Assembly: GCA_024626585.2 (NCBI GenBank) | Contig: JANKJI020000004.1 | Location: 35,805,781-35,830,234 of the forward strand | Reading direction: 5' to 3' | DNA: 24,454 nt | Origin: Ginkgo biloba | Taxonomy: Eukaryota > Plantae > Ginkgophyta | Shown here: positions 1-12,700 of the stretch, piece by piece | Position numbering within the stretch: the first letter of the stretch is position 1 | Layout of the letters: the number at the start of each line of letters is the position of its first letter | The notes under the pieces: generated by a model | Database searches by the model: none | The model's input: only the letters and a program-made list of their open reading frames with translations | Told to the model about the DNA's origin: nothing | Program-made: the position numbers and the translations under genes

Positions 1-1142
1 TTTTTTTTTTTTTTTGAAGGTCTACACATGAGATAGAGGAGTGTAGTTTGAAATGGACTCTAAATGTGCTCCAACGATTAGGTCAGGGCCAAAACTCTGG
101 TATGGTGCATGAGGAGAGAAAAATAAACTTTGTTAAAAAAAATACGTACTTGTGTGAAGGATCAAGAGAATTGCAGTTGTTGATTTTTATAATACGTCAA
201 ATCATTTGACAAAAATTTTAAAATATTGAATTGCTCTATTGAGCATTGTGCTGTAATCAACACTACTTGAAGTCCAAACTTTGGCTTCTAATAAGTCAAT
301 GCAGATCGATAAGCTCTCTGAATAACACTATTCTCTCCATGTGCGACTTGATTTGACCAAGCCTATGGATCCCAACAATCATTGATTATTTCCATAGCTT
401 TTGCGCATGTCCCTTTGTTCCTCATTGGAGTCTTGTCTCATCACATTAAAAGTTGGTCCAAAAATTTATCCTACAATTGTTTTACAACATTATCTCCACT
501 ATCATTGTTGTTATGACTTCATATTAGGTCAGTTCTAAAGGTCTAAGCACATGAAGGTAAAATGTCGCACTTTTTCATGTAATGTTTACACTCTAGAGCT
601 CAAATATAGAGCCTTAGTTGCACACCTCACTACGGCTGGGCTTCATTGTGAGATCTTGTGCGATTTAAATCAATAGATGTAATGATGGAATTTTCAAACC
701 TATTTGAATGATGCAAAATTGTCTACAATTCATTTCATATTCATTCTACGATGAAAACAATGGCCATGTGTTCTTTGATTTAGATCTAAATCCCCTTCAC
801 AAAAAAAAACAATCAATGGTGTCTTCTTGTGTATGTGCATTCTTGAGGTGTTTCCAAGCGGTTCAAGGCATAGAAACAGTGATGGCATCGCTTTTGTTCT
901 CATCTTGTGTGGAGGCTATGAGTTTCTTTGCACCAATTTTGCATAGACGCGGAACATGACCTTCATGGAGACCATTGGATCTATTGACTCACATAGAGTG
1001 AAATGGAGAAGAATTATTAGACATTAGGTCATCATCATTATTTATTTAGGATATTGGAGGTTGATTAGTCACTTTTGCAACTTAATGGTACCCAACATTT
1101 GTTGCTCTCTTGAGATGTTTCACNNNNNNNNNNNNNNNNNNN

Positions 1143-1767
1143 GCAATGCCTTTTAAGTGGGTCAACAAATGGGGAGAACAAATGAAATTCATTGCATTCC
1201 TTTTCTAGCCCTCGACTACTACATCTATATAAATATGTACAAGAGGTTTAGAGGAAACTTGAAGGACCATCAAATGCTTTCATTATCATCAAGTGATCAC
1301 AACTAAGTCTTAACCTATTGGGAGAGGCATTCTGAGGACCTCAACATTGAGGCAAAAGGTCACAAATTGCATGATGAACAATTGCAACATCACTATCTTT
1401 ACTAGTTTAGAGAGAAATTCGGCCTTGGATGTCAAAGGAGATGCCACACTTAGTAGTTACCAAACGCTCTCCTCCGAGCATATGGGAGATCCTACTTTAC
1501 TGCATGGAAACATTATCTAATCGGCCATAGGTGACTTTATATTGATTAATGAGGGGCAATCATAAACCACCACTTTTCCTCTTGGAGATTACCTAGCACT
1601 CCATCTGCTTTTTATGCTATCTTCACTTTTCTCACAGATTATGTATTTGCCATTTTATTGTATCTTGATGTTTGTAGATGTAGAATAGGATGAACATGCC
1701 TTATGCACCGCCTATGGTATCATTTTGTACCATGTGTTTACTTTCAAATCCATTGACAAATGGTATC
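1143..1767 (+). mobile_element. Probable degenerate LTR ending ...TTGACA (1758) with a partial PBS TGGTATC (1761-1767)
   Basis: TATA-like ctatataaat at ~1225, a T-rich U5-like 3' part, then CA + aa + TGGTATC just before a gap. Confidence 0.45.
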
Positions 1768-3498
1768 TTATTACANNNNNNNNNNNNNNNNNNNNNNNNN
1801 NNNNNNNNNNNNNNNNNNNNNNNNNNNNNNNNNNNNNNNNNNNNNNNNNNNNNNNNNNNNNNNNNNNNNNNNNNNNNNNNNNNNNNNNNNNNNNNNNNNN
1901 NNNNNNNNNNNNNNNNNNNNNNNNNNNNNNNNNNNNNNNNNNNNNNNNNNNNNNNNNNNNNNNNNNNNNNNNNNNNNNNNNNNNNNNNNNNNNNNNNNNN
2001 NNNNNNNNNNNNNNNNNNNNNNNNNNNNNNNNNNNNNNNNNNNNNNNNNGGTTACTTGAATTAATATGAATGATATTAAGGTTTTTGCTTCTAGCTAGTG
2101 AGCAACGTGGACCTCAAATGTGCTAAATATAGTTTGGAGTTTTTATGGAATATTATTGTAAGCCTAGAAGCTAGAAGACATGAAGAACACAAATAGGATA
2201 ACAAACTTCTTTATGAAAGAGTTTAAAATAGCTCAAGAGACACTTTAGTTCTGTTTCTTCTCCAAAGTATATTCAAATAATTTCAAGCTTTAACTAGAGA
2301 ATGGGCTAATGAAATTTAGTGCATAACAAACTATTAATTATTATTGCAGCAAATGCAGAGTGATCCTATATAGTAGAAATCAAAAGGAAGAGTAGGCTTC
2401 ATTCGGGGATCCAAAAGCAGTCTTGAATCATGACTGATTTAATGGAATGAAGAACCCTCAAGCCATTAAGCAAAGTTTTTCATTCAAACTTCAAGAGTAT
2501 AGCATCAGTATACATGAGAGAAAAACAATATGCTGGTTGTATATAAAGGACACGGGTACAAGCAATTTAGGGCTATTTTGCACTCTCTGATAAATTACTG
2601 TACTCAGGATTAATGTAATCTGAGGAAAATAAATTAAGGCAAGAGTTTTTTATAGTTTCATAAAGTAGATAGCCATGTACTTTAAGAGAGCAAAATGCAA
2701 TTGAAAGTGGCTGAAACTATTTGGACTCGACAGAATTTCTGACAGAATGCCGTGCAAAACTGCAAACATTGCTACTCAAACTTACTTAAGTTTTTACTAC
2801 CAGGGGCAAGCGGCCCTTATTCTCCTTTCAATAAAATAGACAAACTCTGGTATCATGTAATATGTGAACATACTTGTAACCTACTAAACTTCTCAAAACC
2901 AGAAATGCGGCTAGGAAGAAAATGCAATCATGCAGACTAAATGACTGAAATCTATCCTAAGCCAAGGGAGACAGATGAGTCAATCCCACTAAAGAGAGCC
3001 TTCCACATTTTTTTGGCAGCAATCAAGGAGTTGACATTATATTGCACCATTAAAAACTACTCTTTTTAGGGCCCCTCACAAAAGGGGGATGGTGGAATTT
3101 TATCCCATCAAGCCCCAAGAAGTTTGGAATGCACATATACTTAAGAGTGCAATTCAAGTATATATCCTTTAAAAGGTCTCATAATAGTGAATCCAGAAGC
3201 AATCTGAAAAGTCATTATTTTGCTCATAAAGTTAGGGATATAATTCATGGACCGGCAAATCATGAGAAACAATATAATTCCAACTGGGAAATAAATTAAT
3301 CTTGGTAATGATTCTCTATTATACAAAACAAATGGCTGCAAGCATCAGAATGATACCTTGCTAAACATAATAGGCCTAATATCAAAGTTGGCGTAAATAC
3401 TAGTTGAACTGCCTTATACAATTCATAATTTTGAAATTGTTTTCTACCCCTACTAAGCAATTATCAAGATGGCAACAATAAGAATCTGAAAACTGGTA

Positions 3499-3746
3499 TC
3501 AAATCTTCAACCCTTCAAAGTATTTCTTGAACAATGCTCGGGAAATGTTAAGAGCATTTCCTTCAGCTTTGACTGAATAGAGATCTGAACTATCTTGCCA
3601 GCTATTGGTAAGTGTTATCCAATTTTTTCTCCATGTCACAAATGGGAAATCCTTGTTAGCTTCCATACATTCTAGTAAATGATCAAAATAAATCGATGCT
3701 CGAGGTAAATAGTAATCTCTCAACAACCCACTCCAATACTTGTTTG
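3499..3746 (-). CDS. NAGLU: NAGLU last coding exon (248 nt): (A)[20 protein letters not shown]...KKYFEGLKI*
   Basis: Acceptor ggcag|CA completes G+CA (Ala). NKxWSGLLxDYYxPR motif. TGA stop at 3499-3501. Confidence 0.95.
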
Positions 3747-6700
3747 CTGCCAGATTTAGAACACAGACTTATCAGGTTTCAGATTGAAGTTATGGAATTA
3801 GTTTTACCTGTGAAAAATGGCCTAAGGTTGTGGATTGGAACAGGGCTATTAAATTAAGTGATAAAAAGTTAAACAACGAGGGAAAAAAGAAAAAAGAAAA
3901 CCTCAAAATTGAAGTGAATGATCTTCAAAGAAACAGGAAAACCAAGCATATGAAATAGCCAAAGGAGATGTTACCATAGTCATGAAGCAAACTTGGCTCC
4001 AACTCAGTGTTATCAAACCACATTGTTATTTGAGTTCTTGCATTCCACTCATACTGCATAGAGTCCATCAAAAAAACAGACTTTAGCTAAATAACCTGTG
4101 AAGAATGCTCAACAAAATATTTGTCTTACAGCAAAGTGTATGCCAGTACACCCTCTCCAAATGTGAAATTCACAGGCATAATTATCTTTATTCCTACACA
4201 TGATATCTACATTCTTCTGACCATTAGACTTTTGCTCACCTGTTGCTGTTGACTTGGATTTTGTGCAAGCTGTTTTGCACTTTCTAGCCATGGTCCAAGT
4301 AGAAAACCATCATCAGAGGCTAGAAGCACATCCATGTCTCTTATCAGGTCCAGAAATATTTGGCTTTGCACACTGGCTTCCTGAGCATCGTTTTCATGAA
4401 ATGCCCTTATAGTATTCAGGAAAATTTGATTAGCAAGTTTTGCCAATGCTTGTCGAGTAAGATCAACCAAGTCATACCTGATAGATGTAATGACAGATTA
4501 GCAGAACAAATTTTGTAAGTTTTGCTAAAATCACTAAGCAAGACTTTCTAANNNNNNNNNNNNNNNNNNNNNNNNNNNNNNNNNNNNNNNNNNNNNNNNN
4601 NNNNNNNNNNNNNNNNNNNNNNNNNNNNNNNNNNNNNNNNNNNNNNNNNNNATGGATTAAGGCAATCTTCAAAGTGGTTTTTCCCTTATGGGTTTTCCAC
4701 TATAAATTGTGTGTTTCGTGCTTATGTGATTGCATTATGGTATTAGAGTAATAGTGATTTTAACATGGTATCAGAGCCATGTTCCTTGCAGGACCGTGAG
4801 TTGAGCCAGAGCCATGTTACTGAGAGAATTGTGATGTAGTGCCAAGATGAACACTGTGCAAAGGAGAGACATATTCTTGTGGACTGTGAGTATGGCGATA
4901 TAGTTGTGTGAAGATAATAACCGTGTAAGAAGAATGGCAAAGAAACCATGTTTCTCAGAAGACTGTGATGTAGCGGGGCAATGACCATAGAGGAGAAGAA
5001 CACAATAGCCATGGTGCAATAGAAGAATGCAGCTGTGACCTATGCAAAACAATGTTGAAGGCAACGTTCTTTTCATTAGTGAAGAAGATGCATCATTGTA
5101 GATTGTGGGTTGTTGTTGTAGAATGATAAGTTTGAAGTTGTGGGTCTATGGATCAATGTTCAAAGTTGGGCGACCTTGCTCGTGGTGTCCGTGGATTTGT
5201 TGCATGGCTATGTAGATATTGTAGCAAACTGTGATGGTAGATAGGATGAGAGGAAGCTCGGGTGGCAAGAGATACAATGGTGTTGGGCATCTTCAAACCT
5301 TCTACAAAGATTTCTATGAAAGGGTGTCCCATTCAATGATGAAGGATCCATTTGGATCGTTGTGGAGTTTGTTTGTAGAGCATTTGTCGCAGAGTCGTGC
5401 ATTCGGTGTGGAAGATCCATGTAGAAGGTGAAAAGCCATGGGATATATCAGAGTGTGCAACCGTGCAAGGCCAAGAGAAGCTAGGGTGAGAGAGGTGTAA
5501 CCATGATGTTGAGATGTAGGTTCTTCAAATAAGACATAGATCAATGGCAAAGAAGAATCATTGCGAGGGGAGCAGAATAATCGTGTGATGGCCATGGCAA
5601 TATTTTTTGAAAAAAAATAATTTTCAAAGTTTATGAAATGATTAAATTGAATTGGGATCCATTTTGAAATCCACCCCCTTTAAGTCCATTATCCCCCATG
5701 TCATGGTCACATGTTTTTCAACTTTAATCGATGTAAAAATCCCTCTGGTGTTTAAATTATGGTCACATGGAGTTTTATTATTTTGAGTGATGATTTCAGG
5801 GTGTTGAGTTAATTATATGATTTGAATTTAAATGTAACTGAAGAATATTAATTCAAGGGAGGATTGTTGGAATTATTCAATGTAAATTAATATTCTTTGT
5901 ATTAAGGGTCATCAGGATACAAAAGGTTAGGAGGAATGTCAAGAGTCCAGAATATGAAGATTCTATCTGAAACTAAAGATTCATAGAGAATCATTTATAT
6001 TGGAGAAGGTTTAGTGGTTAGGTCATTTGTTCTCAGTCTGAGAAGGTCCTTAGGTGTTGGTTTATAATTTTGTAAGTTGGTACCACCATGGATAATAAAG
6101 TATTATTCTCTAATGTATTTTCTAGTGATGGTTCTAGTGATTAATGTTGTGATTCTTAACTTCAAAATTTTAACACCAACTTATGGAGCACTAATGGAAA
6201 TGACTAAGCAAATGAGAATGCTTGAGAGGAATTTGATATTGACACATGTGCTAACAGACCATGGCACATCCCAATATCCTCTATATGTCATCAATGACTT
6301 TCCTAATGAGAGAGGATAGTTAATGCACACATCCCTTTTCATGTATTATTTTGAATGATGACACTTATAGTTAAGGTGCCATGCATGTGCTTACTTACAT
6401 GGAGTATATGTATGAAATGAGGCTTTATTATTGCACTGATGGGGGGTGTTTAAAAATTATTTATAGAAGGATTCATCATGAGGGTGGAGAGTTACCTCGT
6501 ACCCAAGCACAAGAGAAGTGTCAGAGGTCCACTAAANNNNNNNNNNNNNNNNNNNNNNNNNNNNNNNNNNNNNNNNNNNNNNNNNNNNNNNNNNNNNNNN
6601 NNNNNNNNNNNNNNNNNNNNNNNNNNNNNNNNNNNNCTTGTTACTAATAGTTTAAGTCTATCATGTATTTGTACTTGTATGTGCATTAGTCTTTAATTAA

Positions 6701-9700
6701 TATGAAGGAATATTTGTTATGCACTTCCACTCTGATAATTATCTGTGTTGTAGATCTTAAAGTGTTGGCATGCAGGTTTAGAAGGTGGGACTCTTACAGT
6801 TGGAAAAGAAAGATCTTATATAGTTTCATTGCACACTCGATGTATAGAACATATAACTTAGTAGGGCTCCTAGATCTTTAATCTAACTCCACGGATAACA
6901 TTCCAGTTTCAGTAAGTATTACAGTACCAGTCAAAGTTTTGTATAAGGCTTCTAATCTGCAATTTCATTTTCAGAACTGTGGCATAAAAGTATCCTCACG
7001 TAAATTGTTATGATCAGGCATTGGCTTTGTCTCAATGTAATTTTGCTATAATACAATATGCATTTTAGAGAGGGGAAAGAAAGAAACTGATAAGAGAAAT
7101 ACCAACTTCCTTTACCAAAAGTGGTCAGGGTGTTTGCAAAGAACAACTGTTGGCATTGAAAATTTACCTAAATGTGAGGCTCTCGGAAAGTGCATCCCCA
7201 CCATCAAGAAAAAGCTGTAATGCCCCAATAACCTCAGAAGGCGAATACCACAAATGTGGTTGAACAAAAGGTGAACTTGTTTCCATCAACGATATCCTCC
7301 TTGGTTGTGTGGATTTAGAAGATTTTGGCATGATGACATCTTTTGTAACCTCATGTGCTGGAATGATGGATGGATCAATATCTGGGAATGCAACTATGAA
7401 GTCCCTGTTCTTGTCCTGTTTCACAAATTAAATCAAATGGATTAATTAAGAAGGCAAGCTTAGTATAATTCTGTGCCTTACTATAATGAAATATGTAAAC
7501 AGAGAATAAAAATAGTAAGAGAGGGACAATAATTGAGTACAAAATCATGTATGCGAAGAAAACTGTTAAGCTGATAAAATCAAATAAGCAACGGAGGTTT
7601 TACAAGATCGTGGCAGACTAACAGATTACTGAAAAGAAGACAAGAATGTGCTCAAAACACTCAAGTCTCGAGATGGAGGCCTACATTTTGTTGAAGATCA
7701 TTTTGGGTAGAGCTAACCATGAAGAAAGGAAAGATGTGTATGACATGATTTCACATGTTCAATACTTTACTATACTGGATAAATACCATTTTAAATTTTT
7801 AGCAAAGATAAAATCTAAAATAAATAATATAAAAATCCAAAAGGTATCATGGTTGTAACCTTGGAAAATAGACACTTGATAAACTAGTAGTGGATATAAA
7901 ACATAAAAAATATTTTTATTTGTTGAAGTTGAACGTATCACACTAGGAAAAGAAGGAAAAGGTTGATATAAAAACCTTACATAAAAAGGAATAAACTATT
8001 TGAAAATCTAGTTTGATTACTTTTAAATAAGGAATTAATGCTACTAGTATATGGTTTTCAGTAATGTGTTTATGTACTCATCCCCCATGAGTAGTGTTTT
8101 AGCTCCTTAAGTTTACTCTATGTATTAATACTATGGAGGGAAAGTTTTCCTTAACCATGAATGGAAACTAAAAAGATAAGAGGAACATTGTGAATCAAAT
8201 TAACCATAAAGTAACCCTAGATAGATACATATTTTTATTAAAACTAAAATAATAATACTAAAATACGATTCACTTTAATGTAACACTCTGAAATCAATTA
8301 CAAACTCATGGAAAGCCTATTGCTTAATCCTAATATGATCTATAAATAAAGAACTCTATGGATGAGTTTGGTAAAATCCATAAATAAATGGGAGTTAAGA
8401 ATATTTTTTTGAGGAAATTTGGAACCATCATAGTATCTCATATTATTCGTCACTATCNNNNNNNNNNNNNNNNNNNNNNNNNNNNNNNNNNNNNNNNNNN
8501 NNNNNNNNNNNNNNNNNNNNNNNNNNNNNNNNNNNNNNNNNNNNNNNNNNNNNNNNNATAAAATGGGAACTGAGGGAAAAGAAGGGATCTTAAATTCAGT
8601 TTGTGCATGCCAAAGTCAAGAGGATGGAATAGACTTCAGAAGCATTTGCGAGCTGTTTATTCAGATGGTTTTGGGCAATCTTAAAACAGTGCTGAAAATG
8701 GGCATTGAGGGAAGACATCTCTAATAAAGAACATTTCTGTTTGCAGTTTTTAAGTCATAGCAGCCATCTTCAATGTGAAGTGGTGACCTTTCCTGTGGTT
8801 ATCATAGAAAACAAAGTGAGTAAGCCTCTAAAAACCAGATAGTTGCTGTGACAAGTCATCATAAGATTGAAAGCTTCAACAGGAAGGAGGGAGTTGTAGT
8901 TTGTTTGATTTCAGAGTCCACACTATCTTCCGGTTATCATGGATCATAAAAAAGGATTTCATAGAATACCTTCTAACAATAATGGAAGGAAAAAAGAAGA
9001 CAAATGCCCAGTAATTGATTGGAATGAGAAAATAGGTTACAACAAAGGTATAGTCAGAGAATGCGGTAAAGAATCAAAAGCATATCTATTAAAAGAGTTG
9101 GAATTTCAAGGTTTTTGTCTTTCTTGGCAATTTTAATGACATATTTTTCTTTTAGCAGGATTCTACTAAGCAACAATCATTTCAGATCCATCTAGCAGCT
9201 ACTGGGCTTTGAGAAGGCTTTTTCACAATGGTAATATGAATAAGCATAGTATAAAAAGTGATCTTCATGTGAATAGCTGCTATCATATGGCCAACTGCTT
9301 CTGGCACCTCCATTCTATATAAGCATCCTACCAAGCATTTTTAGCCTATATGCTTTGTCTTGTATTCACCAATCTCTTCCATATTTATAGTGGAATATTT
9401 ACTTGTCTTTTAAATGAAGCATCAGCCTTTATTTCATATCTTTTGGAGATGATATTTTCAAGGAAAAAATTGTTGAAAAGTTTTATGGAAGGCTTTTTTC
9501 TTGATTTTGTGTAAGAATAGAATGAAATTCTACAACCATAAGACAAAGAATAGATACNNNNNNNNNNNNNNNNNNNNTTCATCTTGCTAATCAATATTTG
9601 TATACAATGTTAGCCTTGTATGCATTTACATGTAATCTAACTTTCTTTCTTGTAATTTTGTAAATTATGTAAGGTTGTGAACAAAGTATAGACAAAACGA

Positions 9701-12700
9701 CAAGGTGAGGTTGTCAATGATATGTAAGTGAAAGCATATATAGACTTGGTATCATGCATCGAACATACAATCTATCTTCACCAACAAACATAAGGTACAT
9801 CCTGAAGATGAAANNNNNNNNNNCTCTACGTTTTTCAGGAAAGAGGTGAAATGACTAGACATAATGTATGCATTCTTTCTGTAGTAAATCATATTTTTTT
9901 CGTACGTAGACACAAATAGATATGAAACTCTGAAAAGTATATTTTGGAAGTCAAACTTACATATGCTCCATCAGTACAATTGTATACAGTTCCATAAAGA
10001 ATGTTCCAAGCTTCTTGTACTGCTGGCACAACTCTTCCATNNNNNNNNNNNNNNNNNNNNNNNNNNNNNNNNNNNNNNNNNNNNNNNNNNNNNNNNNAGT
10101 AGATTAGAAAAATTTTGTTTACAAACATAGAATGTTAAAATATCATACGATTCCTGTATGAAAACACAATTTGTTTTTAACACAAAACAAAAATATATTA
10201 TTATTGATATAAGGAGCACATTGCGTCTGGTTTAATCACTGAATGTTGTTCATGATTTCAAGATCACAATATAAGTGGCTCATGAAGGCTTCTTTAGTAT
10301 CAACTACTGACACAAAATTCCATCCTGTTTTTCAAGATTACAACTTATAAATCCATTTATGTATAATTCATTAACAATTATACTATCTATTCATAAACTA
10401 CTACTTAGACATCCGATTACAAAAAACAACTAGCTTGGAGTCGGCCATCATTGTCTGGAAACTCTGCTTACATGTCCACCTCTGCTTCCTTATCTGGCTC
10501 TGTTTCCTAGATAGTTTCAGAGAGATCTTGACCATGAGGGTCAAAGGTTTGGATGTGGGAGATATTCAAAACTTATTTTGTTTACAAACATGTTTCCCCA
10601 ACTAAAGTATAAGCTCTTTGTGAAAATCTGGTTACAGATATCCTATGGCATCATTCCCACCTATGTGGAAGAAGACAAAAGCATTAAAACAAAATATTAA
10701 CTGATCTTGCTTACACTACCATTTGGAAGCAATAATGGCTTATTGTATAAAGTTTAAACCTATTTTATTTGAACTGCAGTGAATTATAGTTCACAAGATA
10801 AGAATCGACCTCTTCGTAATCATCGTAATGCAATTTTGCTTATGTTTTGTCTCTATGATTGCTACTATATTTGTAGGATTTAGTAATGGAAATGATTACT
10901 TCACCATCTTCAATCTTTTCTATCAAATTTTTGCTCAATCAATATTCATATTAAGGGCAATCGTGGGGAAGGGATTAAGGATATGATAAAGATTGTATTA
11001 ATTGCATTGATATGTCTAAACTTCCTTAATTTTGAATCAATCTCACTTAATATTCAATTTACAAACAATAATGTGTTGTTTGTGGGAACTCTCATTGTCA
11101 CCCACCTTTGGTCATTCAATGGTCTCATTTTGGTTGGACAAGTGCAAGTGTCAAATGCTAGTCAATCTATGTAGNNNNNNNNNNNNNNNNNNNNNNNNNN
11201 NNNNNNNNNNNNNNNNNNNNNNNNNNNNNNNNNNNNNNNNNNNNNNNNNNNNNNNNNNNNNNNNNNNNNNNNNNGGACAACAGCAAAGATAACATTAAAA
11301 AGAAAACTTGATATTAAAGTGATTTTTGATTGTAAATAAAACAATTATCATCCATTTGCACGAGAGTATAAATAAAACTAATCTCGTTGCTTGTTTATCC
11401 CTCTTTAGAAGCAAGGACCTTGAGCACAATGTAGTAAAATGTATACTCCCAGGACAACAGCAAAGATAACATTAAAAAGAAAACTTGATATTAAAGTGAT
11501 TTTTGAATTGTAAATAAAACAATTATCATCCATTTGCATGAGAGTATAAATAAAACTAATCTTGTTGCTTGTTTATCCCTCTTTAGAAGCAAGGACCAAG
11601 ACTAATGAAGCATGTCACTGAATCTGCTTGAAATTGCTTTGCTTGTTACAGCACAAGCAAGTTATACAGGTGAAGTATGGTTTCAGGTTGTTATGCAAGA
11701 GAAGATTGAGGTACTTATGAAACCTTAACCTCGTAAGATACTTTAGTAAACAACCTCTTCTGCTCTAATCTATGTGACCATTGCATACGGTTTCCTTTGT
11801 CCTTTGAAATAAATGGTCACATGATAGGGTTTGCTCACCAAACAAGGGAGCTTTATGATCTTCTCAAGATTGAGCTGTTTTCAGGTCTGGCTGACAAGCA
11901 GCAAACAAAGAACAGCCCAAGGGAGCTCAACCCAGTCAGTGGTCAGCTCACTCAAATTATCTGAACTGCAAAAATGGAGGCAGTTTGCCTATATACAGAA
12001 TAGAAAGGGCTCATTTTCATCATTATCAGTTATGTTTCATCTTGCTCAAAGTCTTGGGAGACTTTGCCCTGTTGTAGAAATTGATTTTTGAAGTGATTAG
12101 AACTTATGAAATCTATTGCCTTTACTTTGGCAAGAGACTTTAAGGTCATGCCATTTTTTGAATGTGCTATTTTTTGGGATCTATATTTATTAAAGTAATT
12201 TTTCAAAATTGAGTTTTATTTCTCAATATTTATTGTGCTTAACACTCAAGAACATTATTGTAACTTCATGCATTTCATAATGTTCTATGAGACTTGTAAA
12301 CATATAAATAACAAGTTTCCTTTGCTACAANNNNNNNNNNNNNNNNNNNNNNNNNNNNNNNNNNNNNNNNNNNNNNNNNNNNNNNNNNNNNNNNNNNNNN
12401 NNNNNNNNNNNNNNNNNNNNNNNNNNNNNNATTTCTTTCAAAGATCTTGTAAAAACAAAGCCTTCATCAACAAATGGATCCAAGGATAGTAGATCAAAAA
12501 GACAGTGGGACAAGACATGATAAGTTACAATGTTATTGTTCAAAGCAAGACTTCTACAAAAATCAAAGGAAGGCATCAAATTCTTGAGAGGAAATTTCAA
12601 CTAGCGAGTAGTTGTGAAACTACAACTATACAAACAAATACACAAACTGAGCCCGCACAACAAAGGAAGTAGAGGCAAGTGCAAGTGAACCAATGCTTTG

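Noticed and set aside
1-15. T15 run as a possible retroposon poly(A) tail
   Set aside because: Truncated at the window edge, and no LINE/SINE body is recognisable next to it.
3066-3118. Small G/C inverted repeats about 400 bp downstream of the stop codon
   Set aside because: Arms are only 4-5 bp, with no TSD or other support for a MITE or terminator.
708-3341. Short ORFs from the track downstream of NAGLU (708-959, 2752-2940, 3141-3341) and ORFs spanning N gaps
   Set aside because: No recognisable motifs or exon structure. Lengths are as expected by chance or are inflated by N runs.
4743-5595. Overlapping ORFs on both strands inside the LTR element
   Set aside because: No gag/pol or other motifs; they are explained by local composition.
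11275-11597. Repeat-spacer-repeat layout with a 32-bp 'spacer' resembling CRISPR
   Set aside because: The repeats are 145 bp with only two copies, inside a plant intron. This is a simple tandem duplication truncated by a gap.
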